Shown: piece by piece, positions 8,162-17,507 of the stretch
Layout: each line of letters begins with the position of its first letter
Position numbering within the stretch: position 1 is the stretch's first letter
Position numbers and translations under genes: made by a program
The notes under the pieces: generated by a model
Databases searched by the model: none
What the model saw: only the letters and a program-made list of their open reading frames with translations
Told to the model about the DNA's origin: nothing
Assembly: GCA_021781955.1 (NCBI GenBank)
Contig: JAJXVV010000002.1
Coordinates: forward strand, 74,730 to 138,729
DNA: 64,000 nt
DNA from: a bacterium
GTDB lineage: Bacteria > Patescibacteriota > Minisyncoccia > Phycocordibacterales > UBA2100
Direction of reading: 5' to 3'

Positions 8162-9919
8162 ATGAACCTCTCAAAATTCACGATCTTCGGGGTCGTTGCG
8201 GCCGCAGTGCTCTTGAGCGCTAACACGGCGTTCGCTCAGGCGAGCTACCTCTACAGCAGCGGCTCGTGCACGAATCTCGCCCAGGATCTCTCGTATGGGC
8301 AGCGCGGGACCGATGTTTCTGCTCTGCAGAGTTTCCTCGTGAGCCAAAATTACCCTGGCGGCGGCTCGTGGATGGTCACCGGCTATTTCGGCCAGGCGAC
8401 CGTGCAGGCGGTCCGCAACTTCCAGCAAGCGCACGGTTTGCCGATGACCGGCGCGGTCGACGCGTCGACGCGTGCGGCCATCAACAGCGCTTCGTGCGGC
8501 ACTTTTCCCGGTCTCGGGGGTACCGGCTACACGTACAATTACGATTACAGCTACCAGTGGCCGTACTCCGGCGCGAGCCCGTACACCAACAATTATAACT
8601 ACGGGTTCAACTACAACTACGGCTACAACAACTACAATCAGTGTGGCACCTATCCCTACTACTACCCGTGCTCCAATTACTCCTCCTACGGCACGGCGCC
8701 GCACATCACGTCGTTCTCGCCGACCATCGCCTCGCCGGGTTCGACGGTGACCGTGTACGGCACCAACTTCGATCTCTACAGCAACACGGTTTACGTGGGC
8801 GGTACGACGCTCTCCGGCATACCGTCGCAGAACGGTACGGCCATAACCTTCACGATGCCCGCGACCATGAGCGGGAGCGTTTCGGTCTCGGTCGGCAACG
8901 CGTATGGCACGAGCAACTCGCTCACGATCCAGATGAGCGGATCCGGTTATCCGTACAATTACAACTACCCGCCGTACAACTACCCGTGCGGCTACAACGG
9001 ATATGCTTGCCCGAATGCGCAAACGCCGGTCGTGACCTACCTCTCGCCGCAGCAAGGCGCGGTGGGCGCCTCGGTCACCGTGTACGGCTACGGCCTCAGC
9101 TCGACCGGTAATTCGGTGCATTTCGGCAATGGCATCATCGCCAACCTGATGTCGGTCGACGGTCGCTCGGTCTCGTTCGTCGTGCCCTCATCGCTCTCCG
9201 GTTACGGCTACCAGCCGATCGGCCTCGGCACGTACCAGGTATCCGTCACCAATAGCGACGGGCTTACGAGCAACGCGCTGCCGTTCACCATCACCTCGAC
9301 CTCGCAAGGCGGCAACGTGAGCATCACCAACGTGAGCGGCCCCTCGACCCTTGGCATCGGGGTGTCGGGCACGTGGAGCATCACGGTGCAGAACCCTTCG
9401 AGTTCGTACCTTTCGACCTCGGTCAATTGGGGCGACAGCGGCTACTACGCGCCGTCGACGCAGCAAGCGAACGTCTACTCCGGCTCCAACACGCTCACGT
9501 TCTCGCACGTCTATAGCGCAGGCGGCACCTACACCATCACCTTCACGGTAAGCAACGGGGCGGGGCAATCCGCGACCGCGACCGCGAGCGTCTCGGTATC
9601 CGGCACAGGCGGCCAGGGCGCGGTCACCATCAACTCCATCTCGCCGACCCAAGGCTCGATCGGTACGCAGGTCGCGATCTACGGCTCCGGCTTCGACGCG
9701 TACAACAATACGATCCATTTCGGCTCCGGCGGCACGATGCACGTACCGAGTCAAAACGGCGTCATCTATTACACAGTGCCGTCATACCTCTCGCCGTGCG
9801 ATGTCTCAAGCGGCGGCATCTGCCCGATGTACGCGCAGCAAGTTACCTCCGGCTCGTACCCGATCTACGTGACCAGTCCCAACGGCACGAGCAACACCCT
9901 CTCGTTCCAGGTGCAGTAA
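8162..9919 (+). CDS. secreted cell-surface protein: PG-binding domain, Y/N-rich linker, IPT/TIG-like repeats
   Basis: Signal peptide. PG_binding_1-like segment GQRGTDVSALQSFLV...VQAVRNFQQAHGLPMTG. Repeated SPTxxSPGSTVTVYGxxF units. Confidence 0.75.
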   Translation: MNLSKFTIFGVVAAAVLLSANTAFAQASYLYSSGSCTNLAQDLSYGQRGTDVSALQSFLVSQNYPGGGSWMVTGYFGQATVQAVRNFQQAHGLPMTGAVDASTRAAINSASCGTFPGLGGTGYTYNYDYSYQWPYSGASPYTNNYNYGFNYNYGYNNYNQCGTYPYYYPCSNYSSYGTAPHITSFSPTIASPGSTVTVYGTNFDLYSNTVYVGGTTLSGIPSQNGTAITFTMPATMSGSVSVSVGNAYGTSNSLTIQMSGSGYPYNYNYPPYNYPCGYNGYACPNAQTPVVTYLSPQQGAVGASVTVYGYGLSSTGNSVHFGNGIIANLMSVDGRSVSFVVPSSLSGYGYQPIGLGTYQVSVTNSDGLTSNALPFTITSTSQGGNVSITNVSGPSTLGIGVSGTWSITVQNPSSSYLSTSVNWGDSGYYAPSTQQANVYSGSNTLTFSHVYSAGGTYTITFTVSNGAGQSATATASVSVSGTGGQGAVTINSISPTQGSIGTQVAIYGSGFDAYNNTIHFGSGGTMHVPSQNGVIYYTVPSYLSPCDVSSGGICPMYAQQVTSGSYPIYVTSPNGTSNTLSFQVQ

Positions 9920-10015
9920 AAATGCCGGACGAAGCGCCCGAGAAGATGCTCGCGGGTTCCTGTCGATAGTGGATAGCGCGGCTCTGCGCATCTCTCGCCG
10001 CGGTACAATGGCGGC

Positions 10016-10186
10016 ATGGCGAAGAATGGTCCGAAAGGGAAGGGGCGCTCGGGTACGGTAAAGAGCCGCACGCAGGTATTGAGCGGGCGCAACAAGCGCT
10101 GGACGAAGATCGACGCGAAGACCGGCCGTTTCATGGATCAGATGGCGAAGAGAGGGCGCGCGTTCAAAGGCGTGAAAATGAAGTAG
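10016..10186 (+). CDS. small basic protein (56 aa), hypothetical
   Basis: ATG 10016 to TAG 10184-10186. K/R-rich. tacaat upstream. The overlapping antisense ORFs look spurious. Confidence 0.35.
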   Translation: MAKNGPKGKGRSGTVKSRTQVLSGRNKRWTKIDAKTGRFMDQMAKRGRAFKGVKMK

Positions 10187-10218
10187 CGCGTGAGCGTGCC
10201 GCGCGGTACCATACATGC

Positions 10219-11298
10219 ATGTTGCGCACCCCGTTCTACGATCCGGAGAGGTCGTATGAGGATAACTACGATGCGGGCCCGTTCGGTGCGCTCGCTGGGC
10301 TCGATACGTATCAGATGGACGGCGAACCGCAGGCCGATTTTCTCGGCCAGAGAGTGTACGCGCCGTTCGGCATTCCGGCCGGACCGCTCTTGAACAGTGC
10401 GTATTGTGCCGCCGCCTTCAAGAAGGGTTTTGATATCTGCGTGTACAAAACGGTGCGCAGCGACGCATTCCCGTGCCACCCGTTCCCCAACGTGCTCGCC
10501 ATCCATCCCGAGGGAGACCTCACGCTCGAAGCGCTCAAGCGCCCGCTCGTGACGGATGCCTCGTACACCGAGCCGCTTTCCATAACCAACTCCTTCGGCG
10601 TGCCGTCGAAAACCGCCGCCGCATGGCAAGAAGACGCGAAGAAGGCGGTCGAGGCCGCCGGCAAAGGCCAAGTGCTCGTGTTGAGCTTCATGGGGACGGT
10701 GCGACCCGGCCAGACGGAGCAGGAATTCATCGACGACTACGCGCTCGCGGCGCGAATGGCTGCGGAGACCGGCGCGAAAGTGCTCGAAACCAATCTCTCA
10801 TGCCCAAACATCGGCAATGAGGGTTTGGTGTGCTACAACCTCGACGTTACCGAGAAGGTCGTCAAAGCCATACGCAAGGAGATCGGTTCGACGCCGCTCG
10901 TTCTCAAGGTCGGTTACTACCAGAACGACGCGGATATGGAGCGCCTCGCGGAAGCGGTGAATGAGTACGCGGATTCGGTCGCCGGCATCAATACGCTACA
11001 GGCTGAGATACGCAATGCGGCAGGGGAACAGGCGCTGCCCGGCTCGCCAGCACGTTTGCGCAGCGGCGTGTGTGGCGCGGGCATTCGCTGGGCGGGACTC
11101 GGCTTCGTGGAGCGCATGCACGCGATACGGGAGAGGCGCGGATTCTCATTCTCGATCGAAGGTGTCGGCGGAGTGATGAACGCAGAGGATTACAAAACGT
11201 ATCGCGACCTCGGCGCTGATTCGGTCATGAGTGCGACGGGCGCGATGTGGGACCCATACCTGGCGAGGGAGATAAAGGAGGCGTACCCGCATGCATAG
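10219..11298 (+). CDS. dihydroorotate dehydrogenase family (class 1-like) oxidoreductase
   Basis: ETNLSCPN signature and TIM-barrel flavoprotein pattern. Confidence 0.7.
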   Translation: MLRTPFYDPERSYEDNYDAGPFGALAGLDTYQMDGEPQADFLGQRVYAPFGIPAGPLLNSAYCAAAFKKGFDICVYKTVRSDAFPCHPFPNVLAIHPEGDLTLEALKRPLVTDASYTEPLSITNSFGVPSKTAAAWQEDAKKAVEAAGKGQVLVLSFMGTVRPGQTEQEFIDDYALAARMAAETGAKVLETNLSCPNIGNEGLVCYNLDVTEKVVKAIRKEIGSTPLVLKVGYYQNDADMERLAEAVNEYADSVAGINTLQAEIRNAAGEQALPGSPARLRSGVCGAGIRWAGLGFVERMHAIRERRGFSFSIEGVGGVMNAEDYKTYRDLGADSVMSATGAMWDPYLAREIKEAYPHA

Positions 11299-12277
11299 CG
11301 AGATGCGAGAAAAGATCGCGCATGCGATCGGTGAGCGGGTTTTCCCGGGATGCGTTGTCGGTACCGTGAATAAGGGCGGTGAACGCGAAGTGCTTCCATT
11401 CGGTCGTTTTACGTACGAAGCCGATTCGCCGGACGTGCGAGCCGACACGGTCTACGATCTCGCGTCGGTGACGAAATCCATCCCTGTCGCTTCGCTTGCG
11501 CTCACGCTCATGGGCGAGGGAATTTTGCGGCCTGATGACTTGGTGCGCGGCCACCTGCCGGAGGTGCGGAATGATCATGGCGCGACCATCGAAGATCTGT
11601 TGACCTATCGCGTGAAAGGACCGCGTTTCTCGGCGCTTGCGAGCAAAACACCAGAAGCATTCACGCGTTACGTGCTTGAGCGCGGATTCGACGGGCCGCC
11701 AGGCGAGAGCGTGTATAGCAATATGCCAGCGTTCTTACTTGGAATGGTCGTGGAGAGAGTGTCGGGCGAGCCGCTTGAGCGGCTCGCCAGCTCTCGATTT
11801 TTCGGACCGTTCGGTATGCGCGACACCTCGTTCTTTCCCGTCGACGTGAGCCGTATCCCGCCGACCGAGGTCGTGCAGGGCAACGAAGTGCGCGGCATCG
11901 TCCACGACGAAAGTGCGCGCGTATTCTCGCGCGCGCGCCGAGCCGTCGGCCATGCGGGTCTTTTCTCCACCGCGCCCGATTTGTTGGCGTTCCTCGAACG
12001 CCTGCTTCAGGGCGACATGCCCGCCGTGCTTGAAGGCGCTCAAAAAGGGTGGGGCTGGCAGTCTTCTGGCACCTTTTTGGGTCGCGAAGTGCGACCGGGC
12101 GCGTTCGGCAAGACCGGTTTTACCGGCACCTCGGTTTCGGTTGACGTCGCGCGAGGCATCGCGCTTGTGATTCTGGCAAATCGCACGTATCCGATGCGCC
12201 CCCTTGACGCCGCTTCACCGCATTCGGCGATGAACGGATTTCGCGCGGACATCTCCGATCTCGTTTTTATCGAATAA
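11291..12277 (+). CDS. serine hydrolase, beta-lactamase/PBP-like family
   Basis: S-x-x-K motif DLASVTKS. Overlaps the upstream gene by 8 nt. Confidence 0.75.
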   Translation: MHSEMREKIAHAIGERVFPGCVVGTVNKGGEREVLPFGRFTYEADSPDVRADTVYDLASVTKSIPVASLALTLMGEGILRPDDLVRGHLPEVRNDHGATIEDLLTYRVKGPRFSALASKTPEAFTRYVLERGFDGPPGESVYSNMPAFLLGMVVERVSGEPLERLASSRFFGPFGMRDTSFFPVDVSRIPPTEVVQGNEVRGIVHDESARVFSRARRAVGHAGLFSTAPDLLAFLERLLQGDMPAVLEGAQKGWGWQSSGTFLGREVRPGAFGKTGFTGTSVSVDVARGIALVILANRTYPMRPLDAASPHSAMNGFRADISDLVFIE

Positions 12278-12284
12278 AAAAACA

Positions 12285-12313
12285 TTCCTCGTTCGTCGAG
12301 GAATGTTTAAGCC
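12285..12313. terminator. bidirectional rho-independent terminator
   Basis: Stem aacattcctcg / cgaggaatgtt of about 11-12 bp with loop ttcgt, flanked by an A-run and a T-run. Confidence 0.6.
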
Positions 12314-12528
12314 GGTCTTGAAGAGGGAGGTATGGTATTCGTGATCTCCTGTACCTGCCGATTGCACGTGCCAGCATTGAAACCGTCTTTATACGCAACA
12401 CTGCGTCCGCGGGGCTGCAGGTTTCGTGAGCCGTCCTCTTCGCCGATGTTCCATCGACGCCAGTTCTCGGGTTCTTTCTCACGATCATACGGGTTTGTGT
12501 AATACGCGCCGTACATGGCCGCCTCCAT
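12307..12528 (-). CDS. hypothetical small protein (73 aa)
   Basis: Non-repetitive composition (YGAYYTNPYDREKEPENWRRW...). Its stop lies within the terminator. Sits in the long glmS upstream region. Confidence 0.25.
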   Translation of the reverse strand: MEAAMYGAYYTNPYDREKEPENWRRWNIGEEDGSRNLQPRGRSVAYKDGFNAGTCNRQVQEITNTIPPSSRPA

Positions 12529-12621
12529 TTGCGATGGTTCCCATCCTAATTTATACGCTACCTCTCGCTCCAGGTACTGTCAACCCGTTTCCCGTTCAAA
12601 CGTGCTACAGTAGTCGTCTCT

Positions 12622-14448
12622 ATGTGCGGGATATTCGCGTACACGGGCAAGGGGAAGAAGGACGCCGGGAAGGTGCTTCTCGACGGTCTGCTGTCGCTTG
12701 AGTACCGCGGCTACGACTCGGCGGGCATCTTTACGCCGGAGAGCGGCGCGGTAAAGACGCCGGGCGCGGTCAAAGAGCTGCGCAAAAAGGTGTCGAAAGA
12801 TTTCTCCGGTAAAAGCGGCATCGCGCATTTGCGCTGGGCGACCCACGGCGAGCCGACCGCCAAGAACGCGCATCCGCATTCGGATTGTGGAGGGGAGCTC
12901 TGGCTCGTGCATAACGGCATCATCGAGAATTTCAAAGAGCTCAAGGAAAAGCTCGCCAAGCTCGGCCACACGTTCCGCTCTGATTCCGACACCGAAGTAT
13001 TAGCGCACCTGGTGGAGGAGTACCTGGGAAAGACGCGGGATTTCGAAAAGGCCGCGCTCAAAGCGCTCAACGACGTGCGCGGCACCTATGGCATCGCGCT
13101 TCAGTACAAAGGCGAGCCGGACAAGCTTATTGCCGCGCGCATGGGCTCCCCGATCGTCATCGGCCTGGGGAACGGCGAGCATTTCATCGCCTCCGACCCA
13201 TCGCCCATTCTGCCGCATACCAAGAAGGTCGTATTCCTCGAGGATGGCGAGGTGGCGGTGCTGACACCGCAGAAACACGTCATACGGAAGCTCGATTCAT
13301 CACAGGTGCGGCGCAATGCGACCGAGATAGAGTGGAGCGCCGAGCAGGCGCAGAAGGGCGGGTACGAGCACTTCATGCTCAAGGAGATCATGGAAGGACC
13401 CGAGGTGATCGAGAACACCTTGCGCGGCCGGCTCTTGCCGAGCAAGGGCGATGTGAAGTTGGGCGGCCTTGAGAGCGTCGCCAAGAAGCTTGCAAAGATC
13501 GAGCGCATCATCATCGTCGCGTGCGGTACGGCCTACTACGCGGGCTTAGTGGGCGAGTACATGCTCGAGGAACATGCGGGCATTCCGGTGGAGGTGGAAC
13601 TCGGCAGCGAGTTCCGCTATCGCCATCCGGTCCTCAACGAACGCACGGCCGTGCTCGCCATATCGCAGAGCGGCGAGACGCTCGACACGCTCGAGGCCGT
13701 GCGCGAGGGCAAACGCCGCGGTGCGCTCACGCTCGGCATCGTCAACACGGTCGGCTCGACCATTGCGCGTGAGACCGATGCGGGCGTCTACAATCATGCG
13801 GGTCCCGAGATCGGCGTCGCCTCGACCAAGGCGTTCGTCTCGCAGCTGACCGCGCTCGCGCTCCTCACGATATTCCTCGGCCGGCAGCGCGGCATGAGCC
13901 CGAAGGAAGGCAAGCGGATCGCCAGAGAGCTCGCTGCACTGCCCAAGAAGCTGCAGGCGATACTCGATCGTCACGGTGACATAGAAAAACTCGCGAAGCA
14001 GTACGGCTTTGCGCGGGATTTCCTGTATCTCGGCCGCCGGTACAATCTCCCGGTCGCGTTCGAAGGCGCGCTCAAGCTCAAGGAGATTTCCTACGTGCAC
14101 GCCGAAGGGTGCGGTGCCGGCGAGATGAAACACGGCCCCATAGCGATGATAGACGAACGATTCCCGACGGTCGCGCTCGCGCCCATGGACAGCATGTACG
14201 AGAAAATGATCTCCAACATCCACGAGATAAAAGCGCGCAGAGGGCCGGTCATCGTCGTGGCGACCGAGGGCGACAAAGAGGTAGGGAAGCTCGTCGAGGA
14301 CGTGCTCTATGTGCCGAAGACGATCGAAATGCTCGAGCCGATACTCAATGTTGTGCCGCTCCAGCTCTTCGCCTACTACTTCGCGCGCGCGAAGGGATTG
14401 AATGTCGATAGGCCGAGGAATTTAGCAAAATCCGTGACGGTCGAGTAA
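12622..14448 (+). CDS. glmS: glutamine--fructose-6-phosphate aminotransferase
   Basis: N-terminal MCGIFAY Ntn nucleophile, two SIS domains, and C-terminal ...KSVTVE. Confidence 0.95.
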   Translation: MCGIFAYTGKGKKDAGKVLLDGLLSLEYRGYDSAGIFTPESGAVKTPGAVKELRKKVSKDFSGKSGIAHLRWATHGEPTAKNAHPHSDCGGELWLVHNGIIENFKELKEKLAKLGHTFRSDSDTEVLAHLVEEYLGKTRDFEKAALKALNDVRGTYGIALQYKGEPDKLIAARMGSPIVIGLGNGEHFIASDPSPILPHTKKVVFLEDGEVAVLTPQKHVIRKLDSSQVRRNATEIEWSAEQAQKGGYEHFMLKEIMEGPEVIENTLRGRLLPSKGDVKLGGLESVAKKLAKIERIIIVACGTAYYAGLVGEYMLEEHAGIPVEVELGSEFRYRHPVLNERTAVLAISQSGETLDTLEAVREGKRRGALTLGIVNTVGSTIARETDAGVYNHAGPEIGVASTKAFVSQLTALALLTIFLGRQRGMSPKEGKRIARELAALPKKLQAILDRHGDIEKLAKQYGFARDFLYLGRRYNLPVAFEGALKLKEISYVHAEGCGAGEMKHGPIAMIDERFPTVALAPMDSMYEKMISNIHEIKARRGPVIVVATEGDKEVGKLVEDVLYVPKTIEMLEPILNVVPLQLFAYYFARAKGLNVDRPRNLAKSVTVE

Positions 14449-14457
14449 CTCGTCCAG

Positions 14458-15510
14458 CTAGATTTCCACGAGCTCTTCCCACGGCCTGCCGGCGACGCCG
14501 AAGTGCCCGTACGCGGCCGTTTCCCGGAATATCGGCCGGGTGAGCCCGAGCCGCTCAATAATGGCCTGCGGGCGGAAGTCGAAGTGCTTCGTCACCACGG
14601 ACGTGAGGTTCTTGCCCTTGTCGTCGAATGCTTCCACCATGACGGGCTCAACGCGTCCGATGGCGTAGGCGACGGAGACGAGCGCCTTCTTCGCGTGGCC
14701 GTTCGCGACGAGATTTTTCGCGGCGAAGCGGCACATGTACGCGGCAGAGCGGTCCACCTTGGTCGCATCCTTTCCTGAGAACGCGCCGCCGCCGTGCGGC
14801 ATGAGGCCGCCGTACGTGTCGACCATAATCTTGCGGCCGGTCAGCCCCGCATCGGCCGCGAAGCCGCCGATCTCGAATTTGCCCGTGGGGTTGACCAGTA
14901 TCTCGATGTTTTTCGTCGAGCCCAAGATCGGCGTAAAGAGGTGCTTGATGAGCTCTTTACGAATGTCCTCCTGCGAGATCTTCTTGTCATGCTGCGTCGA
15001 GGTGAGCGCGGTGATGACCTTGCCTTGGGAGATGGTGACTTGCGTCTTGCCATCGGGCTTGAGCCACTTGAGCGTGCCGTCGCGGCGCAGCTTTTCCAGA
15101 CGGCGCGCGAGCGCGTGCGCGAGCACCACGCCTTTGGGCAGGTACTCTTTCGTCTCATTGGTGGCGTAACCGTACATGATGCCCTGGTCGCCGGCGCCGC
15201 CCACGTCGACGCCTATCGCAATATCGGGCGACTGCTTCGCGATCGTGTTGAGGACTTTCAGTTTCTCCGTATAGCCGATATCGCGATACACCTTGCGCGC
15301 GATTTTCTCGAAATCGACCTTCGCCCTCGTCTTCACTTCGCCGCCGAGCATGAGGGTACCGTGGCTGCCGAAACTCTCGACCGCGACGCGCGAGAGCGGG
15401 TCTTGCGCGAGACAGGCGTCGAGTATCGCGTCGGATATCTGATCGCACACCTTGTCGGGGTGGCCGCTGGTAACGCTCTCGGTCGTGTATCTTTCTAAGA
15501 GGTGGAACAT
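14458..15510 (-). CDS. metK: S-adenosylmethionine synthetase
   Basis: Motifs GHPDKVCDQISD, GAGDQG and DTYGG; 350 aa. Confidence 0.95.
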   Translation of the reverse strand: MFHLLERYTTESVTSGHPDKVCDQISDAILDACLAQDPLSRVAVESFGSHGTLMLGGEVKTRAKVDFEKIARKVYRDIGYTEKLKVLNTIAKQSPDIAIGVDVGGAGDQGIMYGYATNETKEYLPKGVVLAHALARRLEKLRRDGTLKWLKPDGKTQVTISQGKVITALTSTQHDKKISQEDIRKELIKHLFTPILGSTKNIEILVNPTGKFEIGGFAADAGLTGRKIMVDTYGGLMPHGGGAFSGKDATKVDRSAAYMCRFAAKNLVANGHAKKALVSVAYAIGRVEPVMVEAFDDKGKNLTSVVTKHFDFRPQAIIERLGLTRPIFRETAAYGHFGVAGRPWEELVEI

Positions 15511-15518
15511 GTCGGCAA

Positions 15519-15548
15519 CAAAATATCTCCCTGAGGGAGATTATTGAT
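15519..15548 (-). terminator. riboswitch expression-platform terminator
   Basis: Minus-strand RNA aaucucccucagggagauau followed by uuuuguug, just before the metK ATG. Confidence 0.5.
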
Positions 15549-15549
15549 A

Positions 15550-15655
15550 ATGCGTATCATCCCACCAGGCTGGATGGAGCACCTTGTCTTTCTCGGATAG
15601 GTTGCCGGCGGGTCATCGAGCCAGTTCTCTTGCCGCGCTCTTGATACGATATTCA
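15550..15655 (-). ncRNA. SAM-I (S-box) riboswitch in the metK leader
   Basis: Minus-strand read cgUAUCAAGAG...AGAGAaCUGGCuCGAUGAcCC..CGGCAACC...AAGGUGCUccAuCC...GAUGAUACG matches the S-box core. P1 pairs cguauc with gauacg. Confidence 0.7.
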
Positions 15656-15695
15656 GTTGTAGGGGAATACTAGCACGCGCCCGCGGCCGCGCAAC

Positions 15696-16706
15696 TCACG
15701 CCAAGAAATGCACGCCGGCAATCTTCGCGATGAGAGCGGCGAGACGCTTGGGGTCGTGGCGCACGAGCGAGCTCTCGACTTTCGGCGTACCGGTCTTCGA
15801 GAGGGGAGCGAGCGAGGAGAGCAGGTTGCTGCCGAGGAGCGTTCGGCCTTCGGGCAGGTCCTCCCACGAGGTGAGGGTGTCGCCTTCGCGGGCGTACCGC
15901 TTCAGGAGCTGCGGCGAAGGTTTCTTGTCGTTGTAGATGACCACGTCCACCTTGCTGCGGAGGTATGTTTCAAGAAGCGCGGTGTAATCGGCGACGCTGT
16001 AGTTCTTGGTATGCTCGAGCTTCGTCATCAGGTTGCAGACGAATACCTTTTTCGCGTGGCTCTTGCGTATCGCCTCCGGTATCCCTTTGACGAGGAGGTT
16101 GGTGACCAGGCTCGCGTAGAAGTTGCCCGGGCCGATGACGATGACGTCGGCTTCGCGTATCGCATCGAGCGCTTTCGGGTTGGCGCGACCGGCCGGTTCG
16201 AGCCAGAGCTTTTTCAGCGCACCGTTGAGCTTCGTCATTTGTATCTTCTCCTCGCCGTGGACGACGCGCGCACCGACCTGCGCGACGAGGTCGACGCGAT
16301 CGAGCGTGACCGGTACGACGCGGCCATTGATGCGCAAGAGCGTGCTCGCGGTCTCCACGGCCGCATCGAACGAACCGGTCATTTTTTCCAGCGCGGAGAG
16401 AAAGAGGTTGCCGAACTTGTGCCCCGAGAGCCCGCCCTTGTCGAAACGGTAGTCCATGAGCGTGCGCATCTGCCGGCTTGAGGAAGAGAGCGCCACCAGA
16501 CAGCGCATGACGTCGCCAGGAGGAAGCACACCGAGCTCGTCGCGCAAACGTCCGGTCGAACCGCCGCTGTCGGACATCCCGACGATGGCGGTGAGCGCGA
16601 AGGGATACTTCTTGAGGCCGCGCAGCGCCGTGTAGGTGCCGGTGCCGCCGCCGATGACCACTACCCGCTTTTTGCGCCGCTCCCGTGCCATACCCATTCG
16701 GGCCAT
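15696..16706 (-). CDS. YvcK/CofD-like gluconeogenesis factor (UPF0052)
   Basis: Motifs VVVIGGGTGT and GMSDSGGSTGRLR. Confidence 0.8.
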   Translation of the reverse strand: MARMGMARERRKKRVVVIGGGTGTYTALRGLKKYPFALTAIVGMSDSGGSTGRLRDELGVLPPGDVMRCLVALSSSSRQMRTLMDYRFDKGGLSGHKFGNLFLSALEKMTGSFDAAVETASTLLRINGRVVPVTLDRVDLVAQVGARVVHGEEKIQMTKLNGALKKLWLEPAGRANPKALDAIREADVIVIGPGNFYASLVTNLLVKGIPEAIRKSHAKKVFVCNLMTKLEHTKNYSVADYTALLETYLRSKVDVVIYNDKKPSPQLLKRYAREGDTLTSWEDLPEGRTLLGSNLLSSLAPLSKTGTPKVESSLVRHDPKRLAALIAKIAGVHFLA

Positions 16707-16845
16707 ACTATCTAGAAAGTGGCCTGGCGTCCATGATCATTCCCAGCCTTGCTTGGCGGCACTCTTCCCGGTACCGGTGCGCGGGCAGGACGATGCGGTG
16801 ATCGGCCGCTCGCTCGAAGTGCCGATAGTGATACAGTAGGCCGCA

Positions 16846-17507
16846 TGGAGCGGGAGGAAGAACGACGGGTGCGTGCACGCAAGCTAGTCGCTTACCTGAA
16901 AAAGACTTACCCGAAGCCGAAGACCGAACTCGTGTACCGCACGCCGATGCAGCTCGTCGTGGCAGTCGTACTTTCCGCGCAGGCGACCGACAAACAGGTC
17001 AACAAGGTGACCGCGACGCTTTTTAAGAAATACAAGACCGCGAAAGATTTCGCGCGAGCGGATGCGCGCACGTTCGAGAGGGAACTATCATCGCTCTCAT
17101 TCTTCCGCAATAAGGCGAAAGCAGTACGAGCGGCCGCGAAAGTCATCGAAGATGACTTTCGCGGCAAGGTCCCGCGCACTGTCGCCGAACTCACGAAACT
17201 TCCCGGCGTCGGCTACAAGACCGCCAATGTGATCCTAGGAGAGCTCTATGACATCTGGGAAGGCATCCCGACCGACACACACGTGAAGCGGTTCGCGAAG
17301 CGTTTCGATCTCACCGATGAGAACGACCTCAAGAAAATATCGCATGACCTTGAACGTTTGATCCCTAAAAAAGACTGGAAGTACGTCAATAACGGTTTTG
17401 TCCTCTATGGCCGCTACGTCTGTTCGGCGCGTCCGCACGACTGCGCAGATCATCCACTCACCGGATTATGGTCTCAGGCCGCAAAACGCTGGCCGAAAAC
17501 ACGTTAG
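16846..17507 (+). CDS. nth: endonuclease III-like HhH-GPD DNA glycosylase
   Basis: HhH motif LTKLPGVGYKTANVI. Start trimmed to MEREEERR. C-terminus has only two of the four FeS Cys (CSARPHDCADH). Confidence 0.8.

Noticed and set aside
8171-9121. Long R/V/A-rich antisense ORFs in the same class (8171..9121 -, 15708..16481 +, 23601..25250 +, 25325..26830 +, 27869..29818 -, 32927..34531 -, 58122..59210 +)
   Set aside because: Each fully overlaps a well-supported conserved gene on the other strand and has Arg/Glu/Asp-rich low-information composition. GC third-position bias keeps the antisense frames open.
12330-12621. Possible glmS ribozyme in the 290-nt region upstream of glmS
   Set aside because: No recognisable glmS ribozyme core sequence or pseudoknot elements found by eye. 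The region contains only a half-site of the palindromic repeat and a possible minus-strand small ORF.
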